From a virus (taxonomy: Duplodnaviria; Heunggongvirae; Uroviricota; Caudoviricetes), in the IMG/VR virus record IMGVR_UViG_3300033463_000024: a stretch of 64,000 nucleotides of DNA; one strand, given 5' to 3'. Positions 35,803-45,002 of the stretch are shown here, piece by piece (the first letter of the stretch is position 1; each line of letters opens with the position of its first letter). The notes under the pieces were generated by a model. That model worked only from the letters and a program-made list of their open reading frames with translations. It did not search any database and was not told the DNA's origin. The translations under genes were made by a program, and so were the position numbers.

Positions 35803-36256
35803 CAGGCGCCGTACCCTCGTCGCAAATTTGATCTAATATTTTCTTCTGCATTCCAAATTTTTCCGCAACATACCACCAACACCCGCGACTAGTCGTAGTC
35901 AAGAATGTTATTGGGCCATATTCATTTCCAAGTGTGTCACGATATGTATATAATCCACCGCGGCGTGCAATAATCATGCGGCCTTCCGGCTGAATCGGCT
36001 TAAATCCTTTGGCAAGCAGCTCGGCAAGGTGCGATTCAAGAGTATCAATATCATCTGCATATCCAAATACCATTGCATAATGAGCCGACTTCTCGCCAAG
36101 AGCCGACTTCTCACCACTAGTGCGATTAAAAACCTGCATGAGAAGATATTTGCCACCTACCCCACTCGCCCGGTCCGGATGAAGCATACGGTCAGCAATC
36201 TGCAACAGGAACCGGCCAATGATTGAACCGTATACAATGTTAGCCATATACTTCAT
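35786..36256 (-). CDS. hypothetical protein (resembles 59689-60096 N-terminus)
   Basis: NIVYGSIIGRFLLQIADR vs HVIYGVLVGRFLMKFAER. Confidence 0.7.
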   Translation of the reverse strand: MKYMANIVYGSIIGRFLLQIADRMLHPDRASGVGGKYLLMQVFNRTSGEKSALGEKSAHYAMVFGYADDIDTLESHLAELLAKGFKPIQPEGRMIIARRGGLYTYRDTLGNEYGPITFLTTTSRGCWWYVAEKFGMQKKILDQICDEGTAPDERKR

Positions 36257-36777
36257 CGTTTCAGCATGCTCCCGAGTTCACTGATAAGATCCATGTCATC
36301 CATCAGTTCCAGGTCGCGGGCCCTGTCCTTCAGCCATTTGGCATGGGTTATCAAAGTTTCCGGGTTTTTGGACGTTTTCCACCCTTCATTCAACCTACCC
36401 TTAAATTCAGCCTCGCCATTGTAGAACGTTATTTGCCCGTACATCTGCTTATTGCGGTATAGGTAGATGTTCAGGTCACTTGTTTCAACATCTTCATATA
36501 GCTGACAGATGTATTCAAGTTTTTCCACATTTTTCAACAGTGTGTTGAATTCCTTTTCAGCAGCAGGAAATGCCTGAATCTTGATAACGTCCGGGTCGCC
36601 CATAAACTTGTACAGCTTGGTGAACACAACGCCGGTAGGCCCACAGAACAGCTCCCCAAGCGGAACATTTTTCCACCTAAGCTCAACGATGTTACCATCC
36701 GCTTCATTGATGGTGTTGCTTGTATATGCCGAACGCCACTTGTCGCAGTATATCTTCTTATAATCCATCTGGTTCAA
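36253..36777 (-). CDS. hypothetical protein
   Basis: 174-aa ORF in operon. Confidence 0.75.
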   Translation of the reverse strand: MNQMDYKKIYCDKWRSAYTSNTINEADGNIVELRWKNVPLGELFCGPTGVVFTKLYKFMGDPDVIKIQAFPAAEKEFNTLLKNVEKLEYICQLYEDVETSDLNIYLYRNKQMYGQITFYNGEAEFKGRLNEGWKTSKNPETLITHAKWLKDRARDLELMDDMDLISELGSMLKR

Positions 36778-37039
36778 ATCCCTGTGGTGCAGATTCCACT
36801 ATTTGCTGAATGTTCGGATGTGCAGCAAGCGAGAGTAGCTGCCCGCCTAGATCCTGAAGGACATTTATCGATTCCTTTGCAAAATATTTTTCAATTTTAT
36901 CGTCGCAGTTGTTATAAACCAATTCGCATCTTGCCAGTGATGAAATCACCTCCTCGACAGCCAGCGGGCATTTTGCCTGTATCTTTTCCTTAATCTTCAT
37001 AAGTTGCTGGCTTGGGGACATTGGCTTTTCATTGCTCAT
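36758..37039 (-). CDS. hypothetical protein
   Basis: Start MSNEKP after AGGT. Confidence 0.65.
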   Translation of the reverse strand: MSNEKPMSPSQQLMKIKEKIQAKCPLAVEEVISSLARCELVYNNCDDKIEKYFAKESINVLQDLGGQLLSLAAHPNIQQIVESAPQGFEPDGL

Positions 37040-37043
37040 ATAC

Positions 37044-37328
37044 TTACCTGTCGTTATCGTACCATGCGTAGTATTTATTGGTACCCGGTTCCATTGCAAA
37101 AGAGTTATACTTGCCGTACAGGGATTCCATGATTTCCCAATCGTCACCTGCTATCGGATCGATTGCGTCAATAAAGGAATCCCTGGGTATCGGCAACAGC
37201 TGAACAGTCAAGTCCAATGACTTGTTTTTTGGCGATATGTAATGCACCGTATCGTCCACCATGAGGAAATCGGACACATGGTGGATACCGTCGTTCATCT
37301 GGGCTAACATGTTGGCTATCGTAAACAT
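37044..37328 (-). CDS. hypothetical protein
   Basis: Operon ORF. Confidence 0.7.
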   Translation of the reverse strand: MFTIANMLAQMNDGIHHVSDFLMVDDTVHYISPKNKSLDLTVQLLPIPRDSFIDAIDPIAGDDWEIMESLYGKYNSFAMEPGTNKYYAWYDNDR

Positions 37329-37330
37329 AC

Positions 37331-37672
37331 TTAAATCGGGTTAATCTTTTCCACTTTGCAGTTAAAGAAGATGTTTTCACCGGTGCATGTTACCGATGTC
37401 GCGGATGACCAGTTAACTTTTATTTCAGTGTCATTCGGGAGTTCGTCAATCGCCGACTTCATGAACATGATGGCATCCTTCTTGCGGCAATAGAACTGCT
37501 GAGTGTGCGATGTGCGGTAAACGCCGTCCTTGATGAAGGACGTTTCGCTTGAAACCATGTAGAATGACTTGCCGTGCTTTACTTCCAGGAGCGCCCTGGA
37601 AAGCTTATCTACTTCATGTTGCAGCCTGGTGTTGTCGGCAACCAAGCTTTTATTGGAATTCTCTCTTGTCAT
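37331..37672 (-). CDS. hypothetical protein (leaderless)
   Basis: ATG 6 nt from -10 box. Confidence 0.75.
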   Translation of the reverse strand: MTRENSNKSLVADNTRLQHEVDKLSRALLEVKHGKSFYMVSSETSFIKDGVYRTSHTQQFYCRKKDAIMFMKSAIDELPNDTEIKVNWSSATSVTCTGENIFFNCKVEKINPI

Positions 37673-37678
37673 ATGCTG

Positions 37679-37707
37679 AATATAGCAAAAACGGACTGTA
37701 ATGGCAA
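37679..37707 (-). promoter_or_regulatory. sigma70-like promoter (class II), leaderless
   Basis: TTGCCA-N17-TATATT. Confidence 0.75.
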
Positions 37708-37752
37708 TAACGAAAACTTATAAGCTATAGATATTCGCGAATAAACATTAAA

Positions 37753-38691
37753 ATGGAGTTCTCCATGACCAACGAAAAATGCAAACGTTTTCTTGATTTC
37801 ACAGCCCGTCTTGAAAGTGTTGCCACTACTGAACGGGAAAAACAGTTCATCCAGGAAGCCCGCCAGGTGTTTGCGGGAAGTGCCCAGCTTGAAGGCATCT
37901 TTGACCGTAACATGGCCGAGATTTCCAGGACCAAGGACCCTTCCATGCGTACGCATAATGGCCCGGCAAGCAAGCAGATGAGCCAGGATGAGAAGAATGC
38001 CTACAACTCCGATGTCGAAGCCCGCAACAAGCAGTGGGGCAAGCAGCTCAACGGCATGAAGCGCAGGGTCAAGACAGCCGAACACACCCTGGAAGAATAT
38101 GCCGAAATCGCCCCGGGCGAACTCGACGCATGGGTTGAAAACACTCTCCGTCCGACTATCGAGGAATACCTTGACAGTGAAGAAGGCGGCCTCGTATGGG
38201 CTGACGAATCCAAGAAGAAGGTCAAGCGTGAGCGCGGTGCCGGTGGTTTCATCACGCCTGAAATGAAGCGTGCAAAGTACGACGCTGACAAGAAGAAGTG
38301 GATTGACGACCGGAACAACGAAAAGAAGGCAGCCGAGGAAAAGAAGAAGGCTGAAGCCAAACAGACGGAAGAAGCCAATCAGAAGCCCGATGCCAAGGCC
38401 GAAGCCAAGCCTGAACAGAATGGCAATGCACCAAAGAAGGAAGAAAAGAAGCCAGGGTTCTGGAGCAAGTTCAAGGATGCAATGAAGTACGACCCGACCC
38501 GTCCAGGCCGCATCGCAAAGAAGGCATGGAACTTTGCAAAGAAGGCTCTCTCGGACAATGTTGCCGAGGAATCCATCGCAACTTCCGACCTCCGCGCATG
38601 CTTCGAAAGCGTGTTCGGCAACTCCGACCACCTCTCCGACGATGCAATCCGCGCCATCTGTTACAACGCAGTTGAACGCAAGTGCCGCTAG
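37753..38691 (+). CDS. hypothetical protein with K/E/A-rich segment
   Basis: 312-aa ORF with terminator downstream. Confidence 0.8.
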   Translation: MEFSMTNEKCKRFLDFTARLESVATTEREKQFIQEARQVFAGSAQLEGIFDRNMAEISRTKDPSMRTHNGPASKQMSQDEKNAYNSDVEARNKQWGKQLNGMKRRVKTAEHTLEEYAEIAPGELDAWVENTLRPTIEEYLDSEEGGLVWADESKKKVKRERGAGGFITPEMKRAKYDADKKKWIDDRNNEKKAAEEKKKAEAKQTEEANQKPDAKAEAKPEQNGNAPKKEEKKPGFWSKFKDAMKYDPTRPGRIAKKAWNFAKKALSDNVAEESIATSDLRACFESVFGNSDHLSDDAIRAICYNAVERKCR

Positions 38692-38712
38692 TCGATACTA
38701 CACATTAAACGG

Positions 38713-38741
38713 AAAAGCACCGGTTCTCACCGGTGCTTTTT
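38713..38741. terminator. bidirectional intrinsic terminator
   Basis: AAAAGCACCGGT-TCTC-ACCGGTGCTTTT between convergent genes. Confidence 0.85.
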
Positions 38742-38762
38742 GTATGTTAACGGGAATTATTG

Positions 38763-40019
38763 TCAAACCTCGTCCGGCTTCTTCATGCCAGGTATGTGCT
38801 TGTAGGCATACATAACGACATAGTACAATATAACATTTCGCACATCCAGCTTATGGACCGTCTGCGACGGATGCTGCATTTCACATGTGTCCGGGTCAAA
38901 CGCCATGTCCTTGTCATACGGATCGCGCCAGGTGACCGCCATCAAGTCCGCATCGAACTTGATATCCTTGACAGTCTTGGGGGCACATTCCTGCAATTTC
39001 TCGTTGATGCGGTTGATGTAAAAATCAAGGTGAGACTTGGAATTATGATACATGTCCGTGCAACCCTTATAGTGGGCCTGTGTAAACCGTCCGTAATTAC
39101 TCATTACCTCATTGACAGTAAAAAGGCACGGATTCAGCACAATGAAGTTGCTTGCCCAGTCAATGTCGGATACTGTGCTTTCGGCAACACTGGGGTCACA
39201 CTCTGCTAACATGGCAACCATGCCAGAAAAACGACTCCCGTCAACCTTGAACAATTCAGTGCCAATATCCCTTATTGAATACTTGTCAGTATTTTTACAC
39301 CAATCGAAAGCACGGGAATATTTTGACCGGTTAAAATCAACTTCATCTGACGGGGCTTCACCAATCACTATGTCAGGATCAAGTGGCAGGGCAAGGCACC
39401 TGCTTTCCCAGAATTCATGAATATAACCCATTGGAGTACCGGAATAATGTGCTTCGCTTCCATAGAATTGCAACAGGTGTCTATACTTGTATTCTCGACA
39501 TATGCTGGATATGAAACTGTCACTCTGGTCCAGTTGTTCCACTGTCCGCATGATGACATTTTTACCTACGCTGACTTTACTGCCATCCTCGCTGATAACG
39601 ACATCCTTGTTCCCTGTCCATTCGCGGACAATGTTGCCCACTCGGCGGGCGATGGGGAATGCCGTAAGAATTAGTTGCAGTTCGCGGATTGCGGTCAGGA
39701 TTTCAAGACGCTTGACATAGGTGTCCTTTTCGTCATAGCTTGCCAGGATGCTGCGCAGCTTCTTCACACGGTCTGGATCGTAGGTTTCAGGCGCCCGCAT
39801 GTTCATAAGGACATTGTCGATATAATCCTGCACGACCTTCTTTCGGGCATTGTATTGCGCCATCTTAGCCTTATGAAGCGATTTCTTGGCTTGTTCATAT
39901 TCCTTCTGGACAAGGTCAAGGTTGGCTTTCTTCCCTTTCAGGTTAAACTCTGCAGCCTCGATATCAGGCACTTTGTCGTCGGTGGCCTTGATGATGTTGC
40001 ATGCGATTTCGGTAAACAT
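38763..40019 (-). CDS. hypothetical protein, N-terminus related to 61722-63131
   Basis: Coiled-coil N-terminus; shared spaced motifs. Confidence 0.8.
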   Translation of the reverse strand: MFTEIACNIIKATDDKVPDIEAAEFNLKGKKANLDLVQKEYEQAKKSLHKAKMAQYNARKKVVQDYIDNVLMNMRAPETYDPDRVKKLRSILASYDEKDTYVKRLEILTAIRELQLILTAFPIARRVGNIVREWTGNKDVVISEDGSKVSVGKNVIMRTVEQLDQSDSFISSICREYKYRHLLQFYGSEAHYSGTPMGYIHEFWESRCLALPLDPDIVIGEAPSDEVDFNRSKYSRAFDWCKNTDKYSIRDIGTELFKVDGSRFSGMVAMLAECDPSVAESTVSDIDWASNFIVLNPCLFTVNEVMSNYGRFTQAHYKGCTDMYHNSKSHLDFYINRINEKLQECAPKTVKDIKFDADLMAVTWRDPYDKDMAFDPDTCEMQHPSQTVHKLDVRNVILYYVVMYAYKHIPGMKKPDEV

Positions 40020-40562
40020 TTACACCTTCCTGTAATCATGTAATATCGTGGGATGTTTCTCTAGCCATTCCTTGGTCTGGGGATCGTTAGGCCATACCAT
40101 GCACTGAGTAATTTTCATTGCCTTGAGGTATTCCCGCTGCACTTGCTTAATCTTGCGCTGCAAGGCGACTATTTCTTCAATGAACGGGCGTTCGGCATGG
40201 CGAATTTCCGAATCCGGGAGTTCATCATAGACCGTTATTTCATATCTCATGGCACATTCAATGCAATACTTCTTCCACTCGTTCACTCGGGGAAGATCAC
40301 CTGGGTCGATAACTGACTGTTCATATGACAGCATCCCCTTAGAGGTGATTATCATTTCAGCATAACGGGTATTCGAGTTATAATTGATAACGTGCTTGCC
40401 CGGACGAATGTAGAATACTGGATCATCGCCAATCGTACCGAGCTCCACTATCTTGATTATGCAATCCTTATGTTCATTGAGAACCTTGGATAGCGTCCTC
40501 AGTTTTTCGATACGTTCCAGCGTATCATATTCCATTTTCATTCGAGCAAGCAATTTGGCCAT
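40020..40562 (-). CDS. hypothetical protein
   Basis: AGAGGT RBS. Confidence 0.75.
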   Translation of the reverse strand: MAKLLARMKMEYDTLERIEKLRTLSKVLNEHKDCIIKIVELGTIGDDPVFYIRPGKHVINYNSNTRYAEMIITSKGMLSYEQSVIDPGDLPRVNEWKKYCIECAMRYEITVYDELPDSEIRHAERPFIEEIVALQRKIKQVQREYLKAMKITQCMVWPNDPQTKEWLEKHPTILHDYRKV

Positions 40563-40570
40563 TTTTACCT

Positions 40571-41521
40571 CTAACCGTTTACAACCGGCTGCCAATAGAA
40601 TATTTCGTCACCAGGCTTCACGGCACGGTGGTCCTCGCATGCAACAAGGAAGCCGTCGCATGGAGCCTTAAACTCGGCATCGTCCGGGTTGTCGCTGTCC
40701 GTAATCATGGTAGCAAATACTTCGCCCTTCTTCAGCGGTGCGCATCGGTGGAAATTCACCTTATCAATAAGCCCGTATGCATGTGCATAAATAGGCATGC
40801 ATAATTGTGCAGGAAGCAACAGTGCCCCCTTTTCAAACTTAGGCATAAACTGGTCAATCCAAGAAATAAACGTCTTAAGGAAGGCAAACTGGTCAAGGAC
40901 GATGGTTCCATCCTGCAATCCAGCAAGCGTCATGCCGCCAAGTTCCACAGTAAAGCCAACCTTGCCCTGTTCAATGGCATACTTCTTGATGGTACTGGTC
41001 TGGGATTCGCAAACCATGTAGTCGGTATCCATGTGGCATTCGTTCATGAACTTAATTGTCGATGCCGCATATTCATCATTGTTAAGCAGCACCATGTTGG
41101 TGCATGCCGGCGAATTGTGCACGTCAATCACAATGTCAGCGCCTTCGACAGCCTCCTGGATAAAATCGCGCACCGCAGCGGCATCCTCGTTCAGTTCGGT
41201 AATATGGTTCTTGGTGAATACACGGTTGAAATCAATCGGCTTGTCCTTTTGGATTGGGTCCGGATACACGTCTGTACGCTGGCCAAACTCGCGCTTGTTG
41301 GTCAGGAGTCCCCACTTGTTCACACCAATGATAAACCTGATGTCATTTTCATTCTTATAAGCATCCTCGGTCGCCTGTGCGAACGACTCATACAGGCGGT
41401 ATGCAGCAAGCACGGCATTCTGTTCATTGCCATGAACGCCAGCAATCACAAGAATCTTGCGACGGTTTTCTTTTTTACCTTCCAAGGTAACGTCTTTGAA
41501 AAATGGGGTACTTTTAGACAT
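40571..41521 (-). CDS. succinylglutamate desuccinylase/aspartoacylase-family (M14-like) hydrolase
   Basis: LVIAGVHGNE, DFNRVF, VIDVHNS, FTVELGG; C-terminal lipoyl-like hairpin FKAPCDG. Confidence 0.88.
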   Translation of the reverse strand: MSKSTPFFKDVTLEGKKENRRKILVIAGVHGNEQNAVLAAYRLYESFAQATEDAYKNENDIRFIIGVNKWGLLTNKREFGQRTDVYPDPIQKDKPIDFNRVFTKNHITELNEDAAAVRDFIQEAVEGADIVIDVHNSPACTNMVLLNNDEYAASTIKFMNECHMDTDYMVCESQTSTIKKYAIEQGKVGFTVELGGMTLAGLQDGTIVLDQFAFLKTFISWIDQFMPKFEKGALLLPAQLCMPIYAHAYGLIDKVNFHRCAPLKKGEVFATMITDSDNPDDAEFKAPCDGFLVACEDHRAVKPGDEIFYWQPVVNG

Positions 41522-42131
41522 GTTCTTCCTTTAATTCGGGGTTATACGTGTTTTCGACCATCATGGCGAGTTCCAGTTCGTCATTGAACTGTTCAAGCTG
41601 GCTCAATGAGGCATGGTCAAGATCAAAGCTGATGAATACCGGGATGCTCTCCTCGCTGAGGTTGGCAAGCAGGTTCAGGATGCGCTTGCGGCGCCAGCGC
41701 GGCATGTCGGTAATGGGATATTCCTTGATGACATCCAGGAAGGAACCCGGACAGTAATCAATAGCCTTCGACAGCTTGTCCTTCAGTTCCTTGCGTATCT
41801 TGTCAACCTTTCCCGCATCGCCGATAATGGGCGCACGGTGGGTAGCCGGCTCGATGCCCTTCATGGCAAATTCGCTCACCACATGGTCAACCGCGTCATG
41901 CATAAGCTCGCCCCTGAACAGGTAGAGCCACTGGGTTGCCGTGCTGCCCTTGGCATCGGTGAAAGTGACGACACCCTGCTTCACGAACCGTTCGTTTCCA
42001 ACTACGTCCGCAAGCGGGACCAGTTTCCCGCCAATTTCAAACTCCACCTTGAAATACTTGGCGGGAAGCTTCTTGCTGATGTATTCGCGGATGTAATCAG
42101 GCATCCACTGTTTCTTGAAAAGGTTAAGCAT
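41514..42131 (-). CDS. hypothetical protein
   Basis: GGAGG RBS behind class II promoter. Confidence 0.75.
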   Translation of the reverse strand: MLNLFKKQWMPDYIREYISKKLPAKYFKVEFEIGGKLVPLADVVGNERFVKQGVVTFTDAKGSTATQWLYLFRGELMHDAVDHVVSEFAMKGIEPATHRAPIIGDAGKVDKIRKELKDKLSKAIDYCPGSFLDVIKEYPITDMPRWRRKRILNLLANLSEESIPVFISFDLDHASLSQLEQFNDELELAMMVENTYNPELKEEHV

Positions 42132-42156
42132 GGTATCCTCCTTTGCTTGTGTTCCA

Positions 42157-42185
42157 TATGTAGCAAACTGGCAAACTAATGGCAA
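42157..42185 (-). promoter_or_regulatory. sigma70-like promoter (class II)
   Basis: TTGCCA-N17-TACATA. Confidence 0.7.
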
Positions 42186-42193
42186 CTACAGAC

Positions 42194-42218
42194 AAAAATG
42201 GCCCTTTCGGGCCATTTT
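42194..42218 (-). terminator. intrinsic terminator
   Basis: AAAATGGCCC-TTTC-GGGCCATTTT after 42290-42553. Confidence 0.7.
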
Positions 42219-42289
42219 CGCATTATGGAAACAATACGCTGGTTGGGCCAGCGACTCCTATAGTTTTTTCCGAATCAGTTACAACTCAC

Positions 42290-42553
42290 CTATCGGGAAG
42301 CTTTGGATGCATATGAGGCTTCACAAGCATCGCTCGTCTCTTCAGCAGGGCAATCACCTCTCAAATTGAGAGATCTTGCGGAACTGTCGTTGGTTTCTGC
42401 TGCATCGAAGAGAGCCTTGGCAGCATCCTTGCCGGTCAAGCCAAACTTCTTGCGGAGAGCGCCCACGCCCTTGGAGATGGCAATGAATGCGATTGCAGAG
42501 CCAATGACGATTGCTGCGGATTTTACGGTTTCATTAGAGAATGGATTTTTCAT
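42290..42553 (-). CDS. small membrane-anchored protein
   Basis: TM SAAIVIGSAIAFIAI; AAGGAA RBS. Confidence 0.7.
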   Translation of the reverse strand: MKNPFSNETVKSAAIVIGSAIAFIAISKGVGALRKKFGLTGKDAAKALFDAAETNDSSARSLNLRGDCPAEETSDACEASYASKASR

Positions 42554-42593
42554 TGTTATTTCCTTGTTAAATGATTAGGTTTTGTGTAACCCT

Positions 42594-42622
42594 AATGTAG
42601 CAAATGATTTAATACTTGGCAA
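42594..42622 (-). promoter_or_regulatory. sigma70-like promoter (class II)
   Basis: TTGCCA-N17-TACATT. Confidence 0.75.
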
Positions 42623-43826
42623 CCGGCTGTCCAGAATTTTTTCGGACTTCCTGCAAAAGCTTTACAGTTTCCGGACAGCCCGCACACATCGCATCCGCCC
42701 ATGTAATGCCCTCATCGCCCGCTTTCAGCTTAGCCGGCTTGATATGGTTGAAGTACATCTGGGATACGAGTTCGGGGGTGCACGAACGCAGGAACTTAAA
42801 GAAGTTCACTGCATAAGTAATGCCCTTGATGGTCACCTTGTTTGTGGTCGAGTTGTACAGCAACCCGGCATTGCTTGACAGGTATTTGGCCACTGAGCCA
42901 ACAAGTTTCGCAGCTTCAATGGTATTCTCCTTGCACAGCCGGGACACCCTTTCCGGGAGCTCGCTCTTCCATCTTTCGGTACTGCCCTCAATGATATCAG
43001 TTGCCGTCAGCATTTCATCCAGTGATGCCCCGTTGGTATTGTAGAACATGCTGTAATAGAGTTCGCAAAAGCTTTCGGAATATTCCGGCCCAACATACCC
43101 GTTGACCAGGAGTTCCAGGAGCTGCTTGCCATCCTTTCGCTTGAACGGGTCAAACTTGTTCTGGCTTTCCCCGTTGAACAAGGCTTCCGACAGGGTGGAC
43201 CATCCGCTTCTGGTCGCATCCATGTTGGTATAATACCGTCTTCCCTTGCGGATGGACGAATCCTCGCTAGGATCTAATGCCTCACGGTGCGCATTGATGT
43301 ATTTGACGATTGCCGGATGGCAACCTTCTTCCTTGCTGAATTCCAGCCATTCATCGACAGTAGGGGCCAATTCGACAACGCAAAACCTTCTCATGTGGGA
43401 AAGTTCCAGTTCCTTGACCATGAACTCGTTTGCCGATGACGGGTTCATTGCCGCAAACACTCGGGAGCCTGGTGCAAGCTGCGCACTGCCGATGTGCTGG
43501 TCGACGGCAAGTTCCATGAGGGCATTGATGATATACTCGTTACGGTTGATTTCATCAAGCAACAGGTCGGTCACCGTATCCGGCTTGAACCATTCCATCG
43601 GCTTGTAGACCGTATGATCGCCGGAAACATCAGGAATACCGGTCAGGTTAATAGTTTCAGCAGTGGACATGCAGGGACAGTACGCGAAATACCTGTTCTT
43701 CTGCAGGGATTGCTTCTTAACAATGGTTGTCTTGCCGATACCGGTGTCGCCAATGAGCAATATCGGCTTCCAGGTCGGTATGATGTCAATCAGTTCATAG
43801 AACTGCGCAATGCTACAACGACGCAT
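42609..43826 (-). CDS. MoxR/dynein-like AAA+ ATPase
   Basis: ILLIGDTGIGKT, LLLDEINR, FAAMNP, RRFC. Confidence 0.9.
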   Translation of the reverse strand: MRRCSIAQFYELIDIIPTWKPILLIGDTGIGKTTIVKKQSLQKNRYFAYCPCMSTAETINLTGIPDVSGDHTVYKPMEWFKPDTVTDLLLDEINRNEYIINALMELAVDQHIGSAQLAPGSRVFAAMNPSSANEFMVKELELSHMRRFCVVELAPTVDEWLEFSKEEGCHPAIVKYINAHREALDPSEDSSIRKGRRYYTNMDATRSGWSTLSEALFNGESQNKFDPFKRKDGKQLLELLVNGYVGPEYSESFCELYYSMFYNTNGASLDEMLTATDIIEGSTERWKSELPERVSRLCKENTIEAAKLVGSVAKYLSSNAGLLYNSTTNKVTIKGITYAVNFFKFLRSCTPELVSQMYFNHIKPAKLKAGDEGITWADAMCAGCPETVKLLQEVRKNSGQPVAKY

Positions 43827-44107
43827 TATTTGTTAACCCTTTCCTTTAAATCATCACAGAACTTCACAGTAGGAACCATGCGGTCGCCCAGTTGCAACAC
43901 CGCCCCGGTTTTGGGATTGCGCACTGGCCTCGATTTGCGGCCTTTGACCGAAAACCGTCCAAACCCACGGAGTTCGACAGTATTGCCCTTTTCAAGATGC
44001 AGCTCAATTAAATCCAGGAAAGCTTCAACGACTTGCTTGGTATCTTTCTGTGTAATGCCTGTCGCCACCGCGATATCGGTAACCAGGTGTTGCTTAGTAA
44101 TATTCAT
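43826..44107 (-). CDS. HU/IHF-family DNA-binding protein
   Basis: TKQHLV...VELRGFGRFSVKGRKSRPVRNPKTG...VKF. Confidence 0.93.
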   Translation of the reverse strand: MNITKQHLVTDIAVATGITQKDTKQVVEAFLDLIELHLEKGNTVELRGFGRFSVKGRKSRPVRNPKTGAVLQLGDRMVPTVKFCDDLKERVNK

Positions 44108-44123
44108 GCTACAAATATAGCAA

Positions 44124-44441
44124 TTAATTATCGATTTTGTCATTCACCTTGTATTTTCTGTACAGTTTCAGCAACCAGATGCAGCAGAACAGGGCAAACC
44201 CGTAATTTCCGTACAGGGGATACTGCCACACACCGCTAATGATGTTGCTGTCCAGTACAAACAGGCCACAGCAGATGTTGGCTGCAGTCGAGAGACCTAT
44301 CCACCCGAGGGACACGCCCTCGACCGATTCGGTCCTCTTGATTTTAACGATTGCCGGCACATTGCAAATAGCAAACATGAATGAGCCGGCATATCCGAGA
44401 ATGACACAAAATATGTGGAAAATATAGTATGCAGTAGACAT
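44124..44441 (-). CDS. PQ-loop/SemiSWEET-like small membrane protein
   Basis: 3 TM; AICNVPAIVKIKRTESVEGVS pattern. Confidence 0.7.
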   Translation of the reverse strand: MSTAYYIFHIFCVILGYAGSFMFAICNVPAIVKIKRTESVEGVSLGWIGLSTAANICCGLFVLDSNIISGVWQYPLYGNYGFALFCCIWLLKLYRKYKVNDKIDN

Positions 44442-44493
44442 TTCACCACCAGCTTATATGCGGATCATTCCATTGCTCATTTGGCGGTCGGAA

Positions 44494-44982
44494 TCATTTT
44501 GCTATGCTTTTTCCCTTGCTGATATGTGCGCAATAGAAATAGATGCACCTGGCGAGTGATTCGGCACGCTGCTGATGGTCGTTTAAGATATGGTTGACTA
44601 AATATACATATGCTTGCATAAAGCAACTTAACGGATTCTCGAAATATGCCGGGAATTTTCCCTCATTAAATGCTTCGCTATCTTCCTTGGATGGGCCAAG
44701 TTCCGAGAGGAACGGATATTCAAGCGCGAAGTTTTTAGCATTCATCCGAAAAACTACGTGTGGAACACCGTTCGTGTCTTTATACGAATATTCAAACACA
44801 TTGTCGGCCTGCTTTTCATCGCATCCTATTTTTTGAAGCACATCGAGGATGGGCTTAACGCTTTCATTGAATGCCTCGCCGTATCGGTCATTCCAGTCAT
44901 CAAACCAGCCCTTATGTTCAGATTTCCGTTTATCTTTAACGGTTTTCACGGTGTCATAGATCTTGTATGGTTTGGTTGTCAT
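44494..44982 (-). CDS. hypothetical protein
   Basis: AGAGGA RBS. Confidence 0.75.
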   Translation of the reverse strand: MTTKPYKIYDTVKTVKDKRKSEHKGWFDDWNDRYGEAFNESVKPILDVLQKIGCDEKQADNVFEYSYKDTNGVPHVVFRMNAKNFALEYPFLSELGPSKEDSEAFNEGKFPAYFENPLSCFMQAYVYLVNHILNDHQQRAESLARCIYFYCAHISKGKSIAK

Positions 44983-45002
44983 GTTGGGTTCCTCTTTAAA
45001 AG

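Noticed and set aside
44114-44143. Full class II promoter for HU
   Set aside because: The -10 (TGCTATATT) and 6-nt spacing fit, but no TTGCCA at 17 bp, so not listed as a feature
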